Of a stretch of 20,000 bases of DNA, positions 1-10,878 are shown piece after piece. The position numbers and the translations under genes are program-made. A model generated the notes under the pieces. It ran no database searches, was not told the origin of the DNA, and saw only the letters and a program-made list of their open reading frames with translations. The stretch lies in NCBI RefSeq assembly GCF_004010195.1, contig NC_057755.1, positions 12,448,127-12,468,126 of the forward strand. The letters run 5' to 3'. The DNA is from Chiloscyllium plagiosum. Taxonomy: Eukaryota. How positions within the stretch are numbered: the stretch's first letter is position 1; each line of letters starts with the position of its first letter.

Positions 1-96
1 CACAGGAGAATGTGTAAACTCCACACAGGCAGTCAACCGAGGTTGGAATCGAACCTGGGACCCTGGTGCTATGAGGCACTGAGCCACCGTGCCGCC
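1..96 (-). mobile_element. HE1-type (V-SINE) tRNA-derived SINE, 5' part, runs off window start
   Basis: Reverse complement reads GGCGGCACGGTGGCTCAGTG...CAGGTTCGATTCCAACC...GACTGCCTGTGTGGAGTTTACACATTCTCC (A box partly deleted, B box present); homologous to the copies at 6310 and 10562. Confidence 0.85.
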
Positions 97-97
97 G

Positions 98-330
98 TGG
101 AAAGTTCTTTATGCAGCGGTGGTGGTTACCTAGAAAGCATTGCCAGCAGAGGTGGTAGAGGCGCACACGATAACGTCATTTAAGATGTATATAGACAGAT
201 ACGAGAAGGGACAGGGAGCAGAGGGGTACAGATCCTTAGAAAATGAGTGAAGGTTTAGATAGAGGCTTGGAGGGCTGACAGGCCTGTTCCTGTGCTATAA
301 TTTTCTCTGTTCTTCATTGTTCTTTGTTCT
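98..330 (+). mobile_element. CR1 LINE 3' end fragment
   Basis: Degenerate CR1 ORF2 C-terminus and 3' UTR ending GGCCTGTTCCTGTGCTATAA...TTGTTCTTTGTTCT microsatellite-like tail. Confidence 0.7.
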
Positions 331-333
331 AAC

Positions 334-1082
334 TTGAACAAAAAGTGTGATATTCTTGATAGTGTAGATGAGCAGAGAGATCTCGGTGTTCAGGTACACA
401 GATCCTTGAAAGTTGCCACCCAAGTTGACAGGGTTGTTAAGAAGGCATACAGTGTTTTAGCTTTTATTAATAGAGGGATTGAGTTCCAGAACCATGAGGT
501 TATGCTACAGCTGTACAAAGCTCTGGTGCGGTCGCACTTGGAGTATTGTGTACAGTTCTGGTCACCACATTGTAAGAAGGATGCGAAAGCTTTGGAAAGA
601 GTGCAGAGGAGATTTACTAGGATGTTGCCTGGCATGGAGGGAAGGTCTTATGAGGAAAGGCTGAGGAACTTGAGGCTGTTCTCGTTAGAGAGAAGAAGGT
701 TGAGAGGTAGAGAGACTTATAAGATAATCAGATATATAAGATAATAGAGACATATAAGATAATCAGAGGGTTAGATAGGGTGGAAAGGGAGAGCCTTTTT
801 CCAAGAATGGTGACAGCGAGCATGAGGGGGCATAGCTTTAAATTGAGGGGTGATAGACATACGACAGATGTCAGATGTAGTTTCTTTACTCAGAGAGTAG
901 TAAGGGTATGGAATGCTTTGCCTGCAACGGTAGTAGATTCGCCAACTTTAAGTCGTCATTGGACAAGCATATGGACATACATGGAATAGTGTAGGTTAGA
1001 TGGGCGTCAGATTGGTATGACAGGTCGGCGCAACATCGAGGGCCGAAGGGCCTGTACTGCACTGTAATGTTCTATGTTCTAT
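334..1082 (+). mobile_element. CR1 (HER1-like) LINE, 5'-truncated 3' portion
   Basis: ORFs 334-744 and 780-989 carry CR1 C-terminal motifs (RDLGV, LYKALVRSHLEYCVQFWSP, LERVQRRFTRM, FFTQRVVRVWNALP); tail GGGCCGAAGGGCCTGT...TGTTCTATGTTCTAT. Confidence 0.93.
711..767 (+). repeat. Short imperfect tandem triplication inside CR1
   Basis: ATAAGATAAT occurs three times in AGAGACTTATAAGATAATCAGA-TATATAAGATAAT-AGAGACATATAAGATAATCAGA and disrupts the ORF2 frame. Confidence 0.8.
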
Positions 1083-1084
1083 AC

Positions 1085-2775
1085 AGAAATGGCGGAATGT
1101 ATAATAGGGACAAAGAAATGGCTGAGCAACTGAATGCATATTTTGGCTCTGTCTTCATAAAAGATGACACAAATCAGATACCAGAAATGTTGGAGAATGC
1201 AAGATTTAGTGAGGGGGAAGGCCTGAGGTAAATTAATATTAGTAGGGAAAAGTTGCTAGGACAATTGAGGGGATTGAAGGTAGATAAATCCCCAGGGACT
1301 GATAATCTACATTCCAGAGTACTTAAGGAAGTGGCTCTAGAAATAGAGGATGCATTGCTGGTCATATTCCAGGATTCGATAGATAATGGAAGAGTCCCTG
1401 CAGATTGGAGAGTAGCTAATGTTACTCCAATATTCAACAGGGAAGTTGAGAGAAACCAGTGAATCATAGACCAGTAAGCCTAACATCGGCAATGGTACAA
1501 TTCTCAAATCCATTATCAAGGACTTTATAGTGGAGCATTTAGAAAAGGGTGGCAACATCAGACAGAGTCAGCATGGATTTATGAAGGGGAAATCATGCTT
1601 GACAAACCTGTTGGAATTCTATGAAAATGTAACTAGTAGAGTTGACAAGAGGGAGCCAGAGGGTGTGGTATATTTGGACTTTTAGAAAGCATTTGACAAA
1701 GTCCTGCATAAGATATTGTTGTGCAAGATTGGGGGAAGTGTATTGAGATGGATAGAAAACTGGTTGGCAAAGAGGAAATAAAGATTAGGAATTAATGGGT
1801 CTTTTTCAAATTGGCAGGCAAGCTATCCACAATATATATTAATGATTTAGATGAGGGGACAAAATGTAACATCTCAAAGTTTACAGATGATACCAAGTCG
1901 GGTGGGAGGGTGAACTGCGATGAGTATGCAGAGATCGTCCAGCATGAACTGGACAGGTTGGGCGAGTGGGCTAATCAATGGCAGATGCAGGATAATTTGG
2001 ATAAATTAGAGGTTATTCACTTTGAAAACAAAAACAAGGCAGATTATTACCTGAATGGCTGTAAGTTGGGAGAGGGCACCTGGGTGTCTTTATGCACCAG
2101 TCGCTTGAAGGCAGGTGCAACAGGTGGTAAAGAAGGCAAATGGTAGGCTGGCCTTCATTGCAAGACGTTTCGAGTACAGGAGCAGGGATGGGTTATTGCA
2201 GTTATACAGGGCCTTGGTGAGGCCACACCTACAATATTGTGTGCAGTTTTGGTCTCCTCTTCTAAGAAAGGATGCTCTTGCTCTTGAGGGAGTGCAGCTA
2301 GAGTTTACCAGGCTGATTCCAGCAATGGTGGGACTGACATACGAGGAGAGATTGACTAGGTTAGGATTGTTTTCACTGGAGTTCAGACGAATGACGGGGA
2401 TCTCATAGGGACTTATAAAATTGTAACGGGACTAGACAGGGAGGATGTTCCCAATGTTCCCGACGGTGGGTGCATCCAGGGGTCACAGTCTGAGGATTGC
2501 GATTGGACCATTTAGGATAGAGATGAGGAGACATTTCTTCACCCAAAGGACAGTGAGCCTGTGGAATTCATTGCCAGAGGAATTAGTTGATGCCAAAACA
2601 TGTATTCAAGGGGCAGCTAGATACAGCACTTAGGGTGAATGGGACCAAACGTTATGAAGAGAAAGCAGGATTAGGCTATTGAGTTGGACGATTAACCATG
2701 ATCGCAATGAATGGTGGAGCAGGTTCGAATGGCCGAATGGACCCCCTCCTGTTCCTATCTTCTATGTTTCTATGT
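1085..2775 (+). mobile_element. CR1 LINE ORF2 (tether-RT-C-terminus) plus 3' UTR, decayed
   Basis: KSPGTD, VPADWRVANVTPIF, KSCLTNLLEFY, YINDLD..SKFTDDTK, LYRALVRPHLQYCVQFWSP; multiple stops and frameshifts; PQG segment deleted near 1820; tail TTCTATGTTTCTATGT. Confidence 0.93.
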
Positions 2776-3898
2776 ATGGAAAGCTTTATGAAAGGGAAAT
2801 AAAGTTTAACACACCGACTGGAGTCTTTTGAGGATGTAACTAGCATAATAGAAAAAAAAGAGAAACAGTGGATGTATTTGAATTTTCAGAAAGCTTTTGA
2901 TAAAATCTTCGACAAGAGCTACATACACATGGAATTGGGAATAATGTACTGGAATGGATTGAGAATTGATTAGTAGACAGTGGTGATTAGTGTGTACTGC
3001 AGGGTTCAGTGCCTGGACTCCAGCTATTCACAATATATATATGAGTGTTTTGGATGAAAGAACCAAATGTAATATTTCCAAGTTTGCTGACGATGCAAAA
3101 GTAAGAGAAACTGTGACTAATAAGGAGTAAGTAAAGAGGCTTCCAGGTCATTTGGACAAGTTGTGAGTGCACAAATGCATGACAGATATAGTATAACATG
3201 GATCAATGTGAAGTTATCCAATTCAGTAGGTAACACAGAATAGCAGCATATTATTTAAACAGTGATAGATTGAAAAATGCACTGAAAGCAAACAAGCAAG
3301 TATATTAGCAAGACAAATGATATGTTGGCATTTAATCTTTCCTTTATTGATTTGAACACAGGAGCAAGGAAGTTAGCTTTGCTACACAGGACCTTAGTGA
3401 GATCACACCTGGATTACTATGTGCAGTTTTGGTCTCCACATCTAACAAAAGGTACACCAGGCCTGTACTTACTGGAATCTCAAAGAATGACAGGGGACCT
3501 CATTGAATTGTATAAAACTTTGACAGGGCTGGACAGACTGGATATAGGGATGATGTTCCACCTGTCTTGGGGGCAGGGATTGGTGGTAGTGATGAAGGTT
3601 TAGATCAAGAGGCTATGGTCTCAGGAAATGCATCAAACCATTTCAGTTTGAGATGAGGAGACGTTTCTTTTTAGAGGGTGGTGAACCTGTGACATCCTCT
3701 ACTATATAAGGCTGTGGATGCTTAAAGAAAATATGAACAAATTTCTAGACACCAAATGCATCAATGGATATCAGGAAAGAGTGGGAGTATGGTACTGAGA
3801 TACAGGATTAATCCTGATCATAATGAATGGCGCAGCAGGCAGAATGGGCTGAATGGCCTATTCTTATTCCTTTTTTCTGTCTTCCACATTTCCATGTT
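2776..3898 (+). mobile_element. Older, more diverged CR1 RT/3' fragment
   Basis: Degenerate xFQKAFDK, LQGSVPG, SKFADDAK, LVRSHLDYYVQFWSP and CR1 3' UTR (GAATGGCGCAGCAGGC...GAATGGCCTATTCTTATTCC). Confidence 0.85.
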
Positions 3899-3984
3899 TT
3901 AAACCTCAGCTTATCCAGCTACTTACAAATATTTGTTACATATCCCTAGATCTCTCCTGCGCTACCCTTTATTCGCACAATGAG

Positions 3985-4170
3985 TGGCTTAGGTCTTGAA
4001 TCCACTATCTGAAAGAATAGTAGAGGTAGGTTCAATTAAGGCATTCAAGAGAACATCAAGTGATTGTTTAAATAGAAGAAACTGTAAAGGGTATTGGGAT
4101 ATGGTAGTAATTTCTAATTTTCACTGGATAGCCACGTAGGCATTTGAAATGGCTTTTTTCCGTGATATAA
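3985..4170 (+). mobile_element. Very degenerate CR1 3' end
   Basis: GAATAGTAGAGGTAGGTTCAATTAAGGCATTCAAGAGA resembles the CR1 C-terminal VVEAxSxxxFKR segment. Confidence 0.45.
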
Positions 4171-4278
4171 TGCTTCCATCTCTCCTTAATCTTCCTTTCA
4201 AAATCAATCACTTCACTACTTCTGTGTTAGTTTTTTTTTCTATCATATTCTCTGTTCACTACATGGATGACTTTTATG

Positions 4279-4487
4279 ATTTGGAGATGCCGGTGTTGGA
4301 CTGGGGTGTACAAAGTTAAAAATCACACAACACCAAGTTATAGTTCAATATAGGTTTAATTCGGAGCACTGCTCCTTCATCAGGTGGTTGATAAAGGAGG
4401 ACCTGATGAAGGAGCGGCGCTCCGAAAGCTAGTGCTTCCAATTAAACCTGTTGGACTATAACCTGGTGTTGTGTGATTTTTAACTTT
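4279..4487. mobile_element. Non-coding Penelope-type pLTR fold-back mini-element carrying hammerhead motifs
   Basis: Inverted arms 4311-4385 and 4401-4488, plus a ~30-nt extension (4279-4310); flanked by the 13-bp direct repeat GATGACTTTTATG (4266-4278) / GATGAATTTTATG (4488-4500). Confidence 0.8.
4400..4435 (+). ncRNA. Minimal type-I hammerhead ribozyme motif (Penelope-associated)
   Basis: CUGAUGA (4403-4409), A, stem II GGAGC-GGC-GCUCC (4411-4423), GAAA (4424-4427), palindromic AGCU helix III, NUH = CUA with predicted cleavage after 4431; short stem I (AC/GU). Confidence 0.7.
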
Positions 4488-5004
4488 GATGAATTTTATG
4501 TCATTTACACCTATTGATACATATTAAAGGAGAAGAGATCCAACGCTAATCATTGGAGAAGCACCTATCTATGACACATTTCAATCTGAGAAACAACCAT
4601 CAATTACTGCACTCTGCTTTTTGCCCTTTCATACCCACACTGCCGTTGCCCCATTAATTTCAAGGAATTAACTCTGAACAAACTTTGAGGATACAAGGCG
4701 AAGTGAGAGAGAGAGAGTGCAGGACCTGGATCAGAACAGGACAAAGAGCAAGGACACCAGAAGGAGAGTCACCGTGGCCATCAGAGAGCCTGCAGATCGT
4801 GAGGTTGAAACTGATTAAAAGTTGGCATCAGCAAAAGGAGAGGAATTGATTGTCCATCAGCCTAATGCTGTGGGAGCAATGAGTCTTTGCTAATATCATG
4901 GGAGCTGATTGATGGTTAATACCTCTTGCTTTGATACCAGCCAACATGACTGAAGGCTCCTAGGATATGAGCTGTGTTGTGGATTAGGAGCAACAACATG
5001 TGTG

Positions 5005-5292
5005 TTTTTTTAAATATAAAATTCTGAAGATGTAGGCATTGTTGGCTAGCCCAATATTTATTGCCCATTTCTGTGGGTCTGCAGCCACGCATAGATTAAG
5101 CAAGGAGAGAGTTCCATCCTTAAATGATGTCAGTGATGGATTTTTGCAACAATCAACAGGGATCACCATTAAGTTATTAAATTCAAATGTCATCATTCGC
5201 CATGGTGGGATTTGAACGCATTTCCCCAGAGTATTGGCTGAGGGTTCTGGATTGTTGGTCCAATGACATTGCCACAACAACACTTCCTACCC
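5005..5292 (-). mobile_element. SacSINE1/DeuSINE-like tRNA-derived SINE, old copy
   Basis: Reverse complement has a tRNA-like head with B box GCGTTCAAATCCC, a Deu-like body (..GCAGACCCACAG..), then tail ATGGGCAATAAATATTGGGCTAGCCAACAATGCCTACATC and an A-rich end; head aligns by eye with 9106-9370. Confidence 0.75.
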
Positions 5293-6309
5293 ACAGAATA
5301 TATGAGAGTGTTATGTGTGTGTCACTCCCAGCTCATGCAGTGGTACCTGGTCTCCAATCGTCTGAGCATTGGACAAAGATCCTGCTGTGCAAGGACCGTG
5401 TGATAGTTGATGTGTAACGGCCTTCACTGCAGGAAGGGAAAGTGGATTTTGGATGCTTTTGGCCAAACCCCTTTTCAGCCTGCAGGAATTAGTTCCTGTT
5501 CTGCTTCAGCAGAAGAAGCTGTTTATTAGTGGTACCACCTTTCCAAGGGAAAAATTGGCATGGGGCAGATAAAGTCAAGGATGCAAATGCATGACTTGGT
5601 GTTGGAGAAATGTTTATGGTGCACTGGCACCTGGATTGGAATAGGTATGAGCTGTTATGGTAGGATGAACATCATTTGAACTATATTGGGAGCAGTGTCC
5701 TGACAAATCAAATACTGGAGCTACAGAGAGGCCTTTAAGATTCCATAAATTAAATAAAGTGAGGCATCTATTTAAGTAATGGTACTCTGGGACAGGAAGG
5801 GACAGCGTGTGCAAACATTAAAAGAAGTCAAATAGGGTTAAAGAGAAAAAAAAGTGGCAAAAAGGTAAATTTGATGGCTTTTTACTTAAATGTCCATCAT
5901 AGATGTAACAAAATAAATTAATCAGCTACACAGAAGTGGTATGATGGTGGTATGATTTTATGGCCATTATAATGGTATGATTACAAGGAGATAAAAACTG
6001 GAAACTAAATGTTCATGAGTGTGCGACATTTCCAAATGACAGACAGGAATCAAACGTTGGGGTGACTTTGTTAGTATAAGATGGAGTAAGTACAATAGTA
6101 AAAACTGAGCTTGGATCAGAAGAAGTAAAATCCATGTGGATAGAGGTAAAAAAAGAAATCACATGGGGAATCACTGGTGGAGTAGTTATAAACCTCTTGA
6201 CAGGAGCTATACTGTAGGACAGAGAAAAGCAATCTGGAGATAATTAATGGATGCAAAACAGTCAGTACATTAATTATGACCAAAAACAGAAATTGTTGGA
6301 AAAACTCGT

Positions 6310-6620
6310 GGGCGGCACGGTGGCACAGTGGTTAGCACTGCTGCCTCACAGCGCAGAGACCCGGGTTCAATTCCCGCCTCAGGCGACTGACTGTGTGGAG
6401 TTTACACATTCTCCCCGTGTCTGCGTGGGTTTCCTCCGGGTGCTCCGGTTTCCTCCCACAGTCCAAAGATGTGCAGGTCAGGTGAATTGGCCATGTTAAA
6501 TTGTCCGTAGTATTAGGTAAGGGGTAAATGTAGGGGTATGGGTGGGTTGCGCTTCAGTGGGTCGGTGTGGACTTGTTGGGCCGAAGGGCCTGTTTCCACA
6601 CTGTAATGTAATCTAATCTA
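6310..6620 (+). mobile_element. HE1-type V-SINE, full length
   Basis: A box TGGCACAGTGG (6321-6331), B box GGTTCAATTCC (6364-6374), V-domain GTGGAGTTT..TTCTCCCCGTGTCTGCGTGGGTTTCCTCCGGGTGCTCCGGTTTCCTCCCACA, CR1-like tail GGGCCGAAGGGCCTGT..(AATCT)n; TSD AAACTC (6302-6307 / 6620-6625). Confidence 0.93.
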
Positions 6621-6659
6621 AACTCAGCAGATCTGGCAGCATTTGTGTGGAGAATTCAG

Positions 6660-6697
6660 AGTTAACATTTCAGGTCAAGTGACCCATCCTCAGAAAT
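6660..6697 (-). ncRNA. Degenerate hammerhead motif in Penelope pLTR
   Basis: Reverse complement CUGAGGA-U-GGGUCA-CU-UGACCU-GAAA-UGUUA; the helix III palindrome (expected ACGU) is altered to AUGU. Confidence 0.5.
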
Positions 6698-7402
6698 GAT
6701 GGCAGCTGGGAATAGAGCCCAAAGGTAGAAAGAAGAGCAGTTTAACAGACAAAGAGTGGATAGGATCTGGCGAGGAGGGTGACTAGCTATTATTGGGGAC
6801 TGTTCATGGCTAACAAGGCCTGGTGTGTGGGAGTTCGAGCAATGACATGGGAGAGCTCAAGCCCTAAAATTATTGAACTCAATGTTGAGTCCAGAAGGCT
6901 GCAGGTCTCCAAGTGAAAAATGAGGTGCTGTTCTTCCAGGTGGCACTGAGCTTCACTGGAGCACTGAGGCAAGCCTGAGACAGAGATGTTGGCCAGGAAG
7001 CAGGGTGGTGTGAAGTGGCAGACAACTGAGAGCTTAGAGTTTTTTTTGTGGACATAACATAGGCGTTCTATGAAGCAGTCACCCAGTCTATATTTCAATT
7101 CTCTAATGTTAAGGAGACAACATTGTGACCAGTGAATGCAGTAAACATTAATTGTGAGTGCTTTTCAATTTTCTATAGATTGGGTGATATTTTATTGACA
7201 GGGAAGAATATGTGGGTGTGTAGGTAGCCACAGGGAAGATTATGTGGGTGTGTTGGCACAAATTCCTAGAGCAACATGTGTGGATCCAACCAAGGGTCTG
7301 GTATTTTTGGACCTGGTAACATGCAATGAGACAGGTTTAATAAATGGTCTCAGACTGAAATATCCTATTGGAAACAGTGAATATAACATCTAGCATTCAG
7401 TT

Positions 7403-8530
7403 GAATAAGAGAATGGTCAAAGAAAGAGTAGGGCCGATCAGGTATAGCATAAGGAACTTGTGTGTGGAGTCTGAGGAGATAGGGGAAGCCCTAAATGAGT
7501 TTTTTGCTTCTGTCTTTACGAAACAAACAAACTTTGTAGTGAATGAAAACTTTGAAGAGCAGGTGTGAATGCTGGAATGGATAGAGATAGAGGAAGCTGA
7601 TGTGCTGAACATGATGTGCTGGCCAGGCCCAGACCAGATTTGTCCTCGGCTGCTTTGGGAAACGAGAAATGCAATTGCTTCGCCACTTGTGAAGATTTTT
7701 GCATCCTTGCTCTCCACTGGAGTCATACCTGAGGACTGGAGCGAGGCAAATGTAATTCCTCTCTTCAAGAAAGGAAATAGGAAAATCCCCGGAAATTACA
7801 GACCAATAAGTCTCATGTCTGTCGTCTGCAAGATGTTAGAAAGGATTCTGAGGGATAGGATTTATGACCATCTGGAAGAGCATGGCTTGATTAAATGCAG
7901 TCAACACGGCTTTACGAGGGGCAGGTCATGCCTCACAAACCTTATCGAGTTCTTTGAGGATATGTCTAGAAAAGTTGATGAGGGTCGAGCTGTGGATGTG
8001 GTGTATATGGGGACTTCAGCAAAGCATTTGATAAGGTTCCCCATGGTAGGCTCATTCAGAAGGTCAGGAGGAATGGGATACAGGGGAACTTAGTTGTCTG
8101 GATACAGAATTGGCTGGCTAACAGAAGACAGCGAGTGGTAGTAGAAGGAAAATATTCTGCCTGGAAGCCAGTGGTGAGAGGTGTCCCACAGGGCTCTGTC
8201 CCTGGGCCTCTACTGTTTGTAATTTTTATTAATGACTTGGATGAGGGGATTGAAGGATGAGTCAGCAAGTTTGCAGATGACACAAAGGTTGGAGTGTCGT
8301 TGACAGTATAGAGGGCTGTTGTAGGCTGCAGCGGGACATTGACAGGATGCAGAGATGGGCTGAGAGGTGGCAGAAGCAGTTGTGGAAGCAAGGTCATTGG
8401 GGACATTTAAGAGACTACTGGATATGCATATGGTCACAGAAATTTGAGGGTGCGTACATGAGGATCAATGGTCGGCACAACATTGTGGGCTGAAGGGCCT
8501 GTTCTGTGCTGTACTGTTCTATGTTCTATG
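7403..8530 (+). mobile_element. CR1 LINE fragment nested in the older CR1, with a large internal deletion at ~8372
   Basis: [71 protein letters not shown]; jumps from RWQ to the 3' end; tail TGTTCTATGTTCTATGT. Confidence 0.93.
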
Positions 8531-8876
8531 TTTGTGAGAAACCTGAGTCAGAAATAACTGTGATAAACTTAAAGAATTACAATGGAATGAGAGAAGAGTT
8601 GGCTGAAGTGAACTGGGAAAGGAAATTGGCGGAAAAACCAATTGATGAACAGCGGCAGATGCTTAGGACAATTGTTGTGACTCAAAACAAAGATTTATCC
8701 CAGGGCGAGAAGGATCCTAGGATGGGGAGAAAAACCAACCATTGCAACATAGCAGAGAACAGAACTAATCCAGAGTCATAGCCACAGGGAAGAATACATG
8801 GGTGTGTTGGGAATGTTTTAAAAATCTAAATGAAAGAAAAAGAGTGTGTGGTGATCATAAACCATGAGGGTCATCA

Positions 8877-9100
8877 TGGAGTCACAGGTCATAGAGATAT
8901 ACAGCATGGAAACAGACCCTTCAGTCCAACTCGTCCATCCTGACCAGATATCCCAACCTAATCTAGCCCCATTTTCCAGCAGTTGGCCCGTATCCCAATA
9001 AATCCTTCCCATTCACATACCCATCCAGATGCATTTTAAATGTTGTAATTGTACCAGCCTCCACCATTTCCTCTGGTAGCTCATTCCATACACACACCAC
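8877..9100 (-). mobile_element. CR1 3' UTR fragment
   Basis: Reverse complement ..TGGAATGAGCTACCAGAGGAAATGGTGGAGGCTGGTACAATTACAACATTTAAA..GGACTGAAGGGTCTGTTTCCATGCTGTATATCTCTATGAC. Confidence 0.85.
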
Positions 9101-9114
9101 AAACAGGGAGGCGA

Positions 9115-9189
9115 TGGCCTAGTAGTATTTTTGCTCGACTATTAATCCAGAAATCCAGAATTATGTTCTGAGGACTTGGGTTCAAATCC
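9115..9189 (+). promoter_or_regulatory. Pol III type-2 internal promoter (A and B boxes) at the LINE 5' end
   Basis: A box TGGCCTAGTAG (9115-9125), B box GGTTCAAATCC (9179-9189). Confidence 0.65.
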
Positions 9190-10561
9190 TGCCACAGCAG
9201 ATGGTGGAATTTGAATTCAATAAAAAAAATCTGGAATTAAGAGTCGACTGATGATCATGAAATCATTGTCAATTGTCAGAAAACCCATCTGGTTCACTAA
9301 TGTCCTTTAGTGGAGGAAATCTGCCATCCTTACCTGGTCTGGCCTACATGCAACTCCAGAGCCACAGCAATGTGGTTGACTCCTAACTACCCTCTGAAAT
9401 GGCCTAGTAAGGCACTCAGTTGTATCAATCGATAGAAAGTCACAACAAAACAATGAAACCGGACAGACCACCTGGCATCAGCCTTGGAACTCGAAAAGAC
9501 AACGGCAAAAACACAAACAGCCCTGTTGCCCATGTAAAGTCCTCCTTACCAACATCGGGAGGCTAGTGCCAAAATTGGGAGAGCTGTCTCACAGACTAGT
9601 CAAGGAACAGCCTGCCATAGTCATTCTTACGGAATCGTACCTTACAGATAACACCCCAGACACCACCATTACCATCCCTGGATATGTCTTATCCTACCGA
9701 CAGGACAGACCCAGCAGAGGTGGTGGCACAGTGGTATGTAGTCGGGAGGGAGTTGCCCTGGGAGTCCTTGACATTGACTCTGGATCCTATGAAGTCTCAT
9801 GGCTTCAAGTTAAAAGTGGACAAGAAAACCTTACTGGTTACCACGTACTGTCCTCCTTTGGCAGATGAATCAGTCCTCCTCCGTGTTGAACAATTCTTGG
9901 AGGAAGGACTGAGGGTGGCAAGGGTGCAAAATGTCCTCTGGATGGGGATTTCAATGTCCCACCACCAAGAGGGGCTCGGCAGCAGGTCGATTCCTATAGG
10001 TTATAATTGCTAGATTGGGTCTGCAGCAGGTGGTGAAGGATCCAACAAGAGGATAAAAACATACTTGACCTCATCCTTACTAATCTGCCAGCTGCAGAAG
10101 CATCTGTCCATACAGTATAGGTAAAAGCGACCACTGCACTGTCCTTGTGGAGATGAAGTCCTGTCTTCACATTGAGAATAATCTCCATCGTGTTGTGTGG
10201 CACTATCACGGTGGTAAATGGGACAGACTTCAAACCGATCTAGCAGCTCAGGACTGGGTATCCATGAGGCACCGTGGGCCATCAACAGCAGCAGAACTGT
10301 ACTCCAGCACAATCTACAGCCTCATGGCCTGGCATATCCCCCACTCAACCATTACCATTAAGCCAGGGGATTAACCAGGAGCAACATCAGGCATACCTAA
10401 AAATGAGGTGTCAACCTGGTGAAGCTACCAAACAGGACTACTTGTGTAGTAAGCAGCATACACAGCAAGTGATAAACAAAGCTAAGCGATTCCACAATCA
10501 ATGGATCAGATCTAAGCTCTACAGTCCTTCCACATCCAGTTGTGAGTGTTGGTGGACAATT

Positions 10562-10878
10562 GGTGGCACGGTGGCTCAGTGGTTAGCACTGCTGCCTCAC
10601 AGCACCAGAGATGCGGGTTCAATTCCTGCCTCAGGTGACTGACTGTGTGGAGTTTGCATGTTCTCCCCGTGTCTGCGTGGGTTTCCTCCGGGTGCTCCGG
10701 TTTCCTCCCACAGTCCAAAGATGTGCAGGTCAGGTGAATTGGCCATGCTAAATTGCCCGTAGTGTTAGGTAAGGTGTAAATGTAGGGGCATGGGTGGGTT
10801 GCGCTTTGGCGGGGCGGTATGGACTTGTTGGGCTGGAAGGGCCTGTTTCCACACTGTAATGTAATCTAATCTAATCTA
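10562..10878 (+). mobile_element. HE1-type V-SINE, full length, nested in the LINE
   Basis: Highly similar to 6310-6620 (A box TGGCTCAGTGG, B box GGTTCAATTCC, (AATCT)n tail); the LINE reading WWTI|KQLTGGGG resumes on the far side. Confidence 0.93.

Larger units (their letters stand above)
6280..7144 (-). mobile_element. Penelope-like element 3' fragment (GIY-YIG endonuclease C-terminus plus pLTR), interrupted by an HE1 SINE
   Basis: ORF 6790-7098(-) RLGDCFIERL..VVCHF..GLPQCSSEAQCHLEEQHLIFHL matches the Penelope GIY-YIG C-terminus (RLGDRFxEH..VAxHF..LEEQHLIFRL); TSD ACATTAATTATGA (6267-6279) / ACATTAATTGTGA (7145-7157). Confidence 0.85.

Noticed and set aside
4279..4487. DNA-transposon MITE or pre-miRNA
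   Set aside because: The inverted repeats are not terminal on the left (30-nt extension), the TSD is 13 bp, and the arms contain hammerhead cores; a Penelope pLTR origin fits better.
4680..4990. Possible CR1 5' UTR or ORF1 start, or an exon
   Set aside because: Purine-rich with a short (GA)n run, but I could not support any motif, frame or splice-site pair.
6310..6380. tRNA genes at 6310, 9106 and 10562
   Set aside because: A/B boxes are present but they continue into SINE or LINE bodies; these are tRNA-derived heads, not tRNAs.
6575..6620. HE1 3' end matching CR1 3' ends (GGGCCGAAGGGCCTGT) as a novelty
   Set aside because: The HE1 SINE / HER1 LINE shared tail is already established for elasmobranchs.
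7198..8810. CRISPR-like repeats (~30-bp motif, three copies)
   Set aside because: Two copies are adjacent with no spacer and the third is 1.5 kb away; eukaryotic context, no cas genes.
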